From: Octopus sinensis
Lineage: Eukaryota
Direction of reading: 5' to 3'
Length of the DNA stretch: 64,000 bases
NCBI RefSeq assembly: GCF_006345805.1
Contig: NC_043000.1
Location: 13,392,001-13,456,000 of the forward strand
Made by a program: the position numbers and the translations under genes. Positions within the stretch are counted from its first letter, which is position 1, and each line of letters begins with the position of its first letter. This document shows positions 61,331-64,000 of this stretch, piece by piece. Below the pieces are notes generated by a model. It was given only the letters and a program-made list of their open reading frames with translations. It had not been told where the DNA came from and searched no databases.

Positions 61331-62174
61331 TTTTGGAGGAACCAGTTGTTTTCTCTGTTGGATTTAGAGGACCCTAAACTGAGGTTTCAGTCTTTCGTCA
61401 TTGCCTCTGTGAGGCCCAACGTTCGAAGGTCGAAAAATAAAATGTTCGGACACTCATCCACTTTTTGGGGACATAAGCTGCCTAAATGAAGGGAAATGGT
61501 TAAAAGGAGCTCTATTTTTCACCACAATTATTTTGATAATTGATAAATAAGTAAAATTTTCAATTATCTGCATTTTCTATAAAACCTTAGATTTCAGACC
61601 TTATCAAAATTGTTTGTGTATTTGTCTGTGACACTACATTTCAATGGCTTTGATCTCTAATCATCTTCACCTGTTCTATATCTACATATCCCTAGGAGAT
61701 GCATGTTTGTAAATGTAGGGTATCTAAAGATAATGATTGAGTGAACTGACTGATCAATGTGTAAGTGTAGTAGTAGACAAATACACAGAAGATAAGAATT
61801 TTGCTAATTAAATATTGTCAACTTTTATGATTACTAACTGTGATAATAAACTGGAAAACTCCAAGAATTGCAAAGCCTAACCCTTTAGCATCCAGATTAC
61901 TCTGTCAAATGTAATACTTTTACTGATTCACATTGTTTTATATTAATCATGCATTACCTTGTAGCTTGGAGATTTGGCTGCTTATTTTTAAAATGACATT
62001 GTAGGATAGACCAAATCTGGCTGATTTAGGTACGAGGGAAAAAAATGGCCAGAAAGCCTCTGCAAAGAATCGAACCCTGTACTTCTCAAATTCCGTCTTT
62101 TAAAGGGTATTTACCCAATTTTCAAAGCTATCTTCATAGCCATCCTGCATTTGAGAATTCCTTTATTTTATGTA

Positions 62175-62209
<35 letters not shown>

Positions 62210-62459
62210 AACACACACTCATATACACTTGATGGGCTTCTTAAATTTTTTGTCTGCTAAATCCACTTACAAGGCTTGGGCTATAGTAAAAGAACCTTAT
62301 CCAAGATGATATTCAATAGGACTGATCTCAAAACCACACAACTATGCCTGCTTCTATATATCTGCATATGTAACATAGCGGGTTGAAAAAAAAAATTATT
62401 ATCTAAGACACTTCTTTTTACAGTTCTTTGGAGCATAATGGTTATATGAGTTTCCCATT

Positions 62460-64000
62460 TCTTTACACAGTTCTTTGCATTTTATTGAACTCAAAAAGGT
62501 CTCTTGAGCTGCAGGGGTCGGATAGTAGAGGGAGACAAAGCAATGCTCCATAATATGGTGTGATTCTCCACATTTTGGAGGTGGTTGTCTCAGTCTTGTA
62601 ATTCCTCATCTGACCAAAGCAATTTTTGATTGCTCCATTCTTGTTTTCAAGAGGAGGCGTGTCTTTCATTGAGTCCATGGAGCTTCTGAGCTGAGAGGGA
62701 GGACTTCAACAGTGGGGATTCCCATGTCAAATGGAGGAAGATCATTGTCAAGCTTTTCTGTTCAGTGGTAGATCCAGGTTTTGTCTCAAGATGTTGCCAG
62801 GTGCTGGACATGGCTAAGAAAGCTTCTTCATCACTTGAATCATTAGGCTGGAGGCTGATATCCATGAAGGAATCAGTATTCATCACAAATAGCTCTAGTC
62901 ATCACAATTTAAATAACTACTTCCTGTTAGATATTAGCAAGGGCAATTCTAGCAAGGAGGTGCAGGTTGTTTGTGTCAGTGGATTTCATGCAACCAGTGA
63001 TCAGATGCCAAGTTTCTTGGTATGGCTTGATCTCTCCCAGACTAGACATGCATATGCTGTAGAAGAAAAGAACAAGGCAAGAGCAATAGATCTTAATGTG
63101 TGGGTTGTGTTTCCTCATTTGGAGTTGACTACGGTAAATCCTCAAGTATAATCCACATTTTTTTCCCAAAATTTAAAGGTCAAAATCCCTAGAGCGTACT
63201 ATATACGAGGTTAAAAATGAAAAATATTTTCTAAGCAATGTTTGAGTCTCTATTTGCTGTCCAGCAATGTTTATTCAGACGCATTTTGTGATATCGGGGC
63301 ACAAAAATACCTTAAGCTAAGCCTGAAAGCAATGCAGTCATAAAAGAATCATCCATAACTTGCAGTTAGCAACATTTATTAAAATAAAAGTATTCAGAAC
63401 ACAGAATAACATGTAACAAAAACAATTTGTAAACATATTTACATTCCCATATAACAGTTAAGAACATCACCATTATTGTATTACACATGCGCGGAAGTGT
63501 TTGTTCGACTAGGTGCTGCTGGCTTAATTACTCACAACTCAAGTTAGAGAAGGGGTGCGTATTATACACAAGGTTTAGATTTTTCAGAAGTACAGCTCCC
63601 TAAAAATCCCCTGCGTATTATACTCAAGGGTGGACTATACTTGAGGATTTACGGTAGTTTCTGTAGGATGTTGTTTTGGGAATTAACTTACAATTTGCTG
63701 TCTTTGATCTGCTCCTTAACCCTGTCATGTTGTGTTCCCACTATAACAGGAATAGCTTCAATGTAATCTCTGCAGAGGTCATTAGCATAGATAAACATCT
63801 CAGTTTTCTGGTTTACTGGCCAGCCATTAGTGTATATGTTATATAGCAGAGGAGTCAGCACACTACCTTGAGAGTAAACCATTCCATTATCATCCCCAGC
63901 AATTTTGCTTGTTGATTAAGACAACAAAGAGGCATCTGTCTCTCAGGAGTGTTTCAATGAGATCTGTAAGCACCAGGTCCTTTGTCATCTCCAAGAGATA
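62460..64000 (-). pseudogene. Decayed non-LTR RT remnant (I-group, Vingi/Ingi-like)
   Basis: NG..QGSVLTPLLYNIYTN...FIYANDLC (YADD region), ETWHLITGCMKST..NLHLLARIA and a C-terminal LL.LPLL.DPC..RDL..FN. Runs off the window end. Confidence 0.72.
63132..63654. mobile_element. TA-targeting MITE (pogo/Tigger-like), 523 bp, inserted in the LINE remnant
   Basis: 25-bp TIRs C(G/C)GTAAATCCTCAAGTATA(A/G)TCCAC (63132-63156 / 63630-63654); TA on both sides. Confidence 0.85.

Overview
AT-rich, microsatellite-dense eukaryotic DNA, probably octopus (inferred from the SINE families and repeat landscape). It is almost entirely transposon-derived, and no host gene can be called with confidence. Most ORFs in the supplied track are translated microsatellites. 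The one near-intact coding unit is a Penelope-like retroelement (12750-16662). It has RT and GIY-YIG domains split by a single-base frameshift at YRDD, 189-bp direct terminal repeats, and a type I hammerhead ribozyme (HHR) just upstream of the 3' repeat. The most striking observation is the number of HHR-bearing elements set in (TA)n tracts. These are a ~597-bp x ~3.8 tandem array with one HHR per unit (retrozyme-like; 22468-24748), an HHR inside a 118-bp palindrome, a family of minimal HHRs, an inverted HHR pair, and an HHR-like motif with an apparent C3-G8 to G3-C8 swap (60571-60619). Other content: several tRNA-derived SINE families (one forming multimers with a fixed junction, one whose 82-bp promoter head is amplified ~43x), RTE and I-group LINE remnants, mariner and maT remnants, MITEs, a Helitron-like element, a U2 snRNA pseudogene, a 2.8-kb (TATG)n expansion and a 100-N gap. 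All structures were derived by eye; no folding or database search was run.
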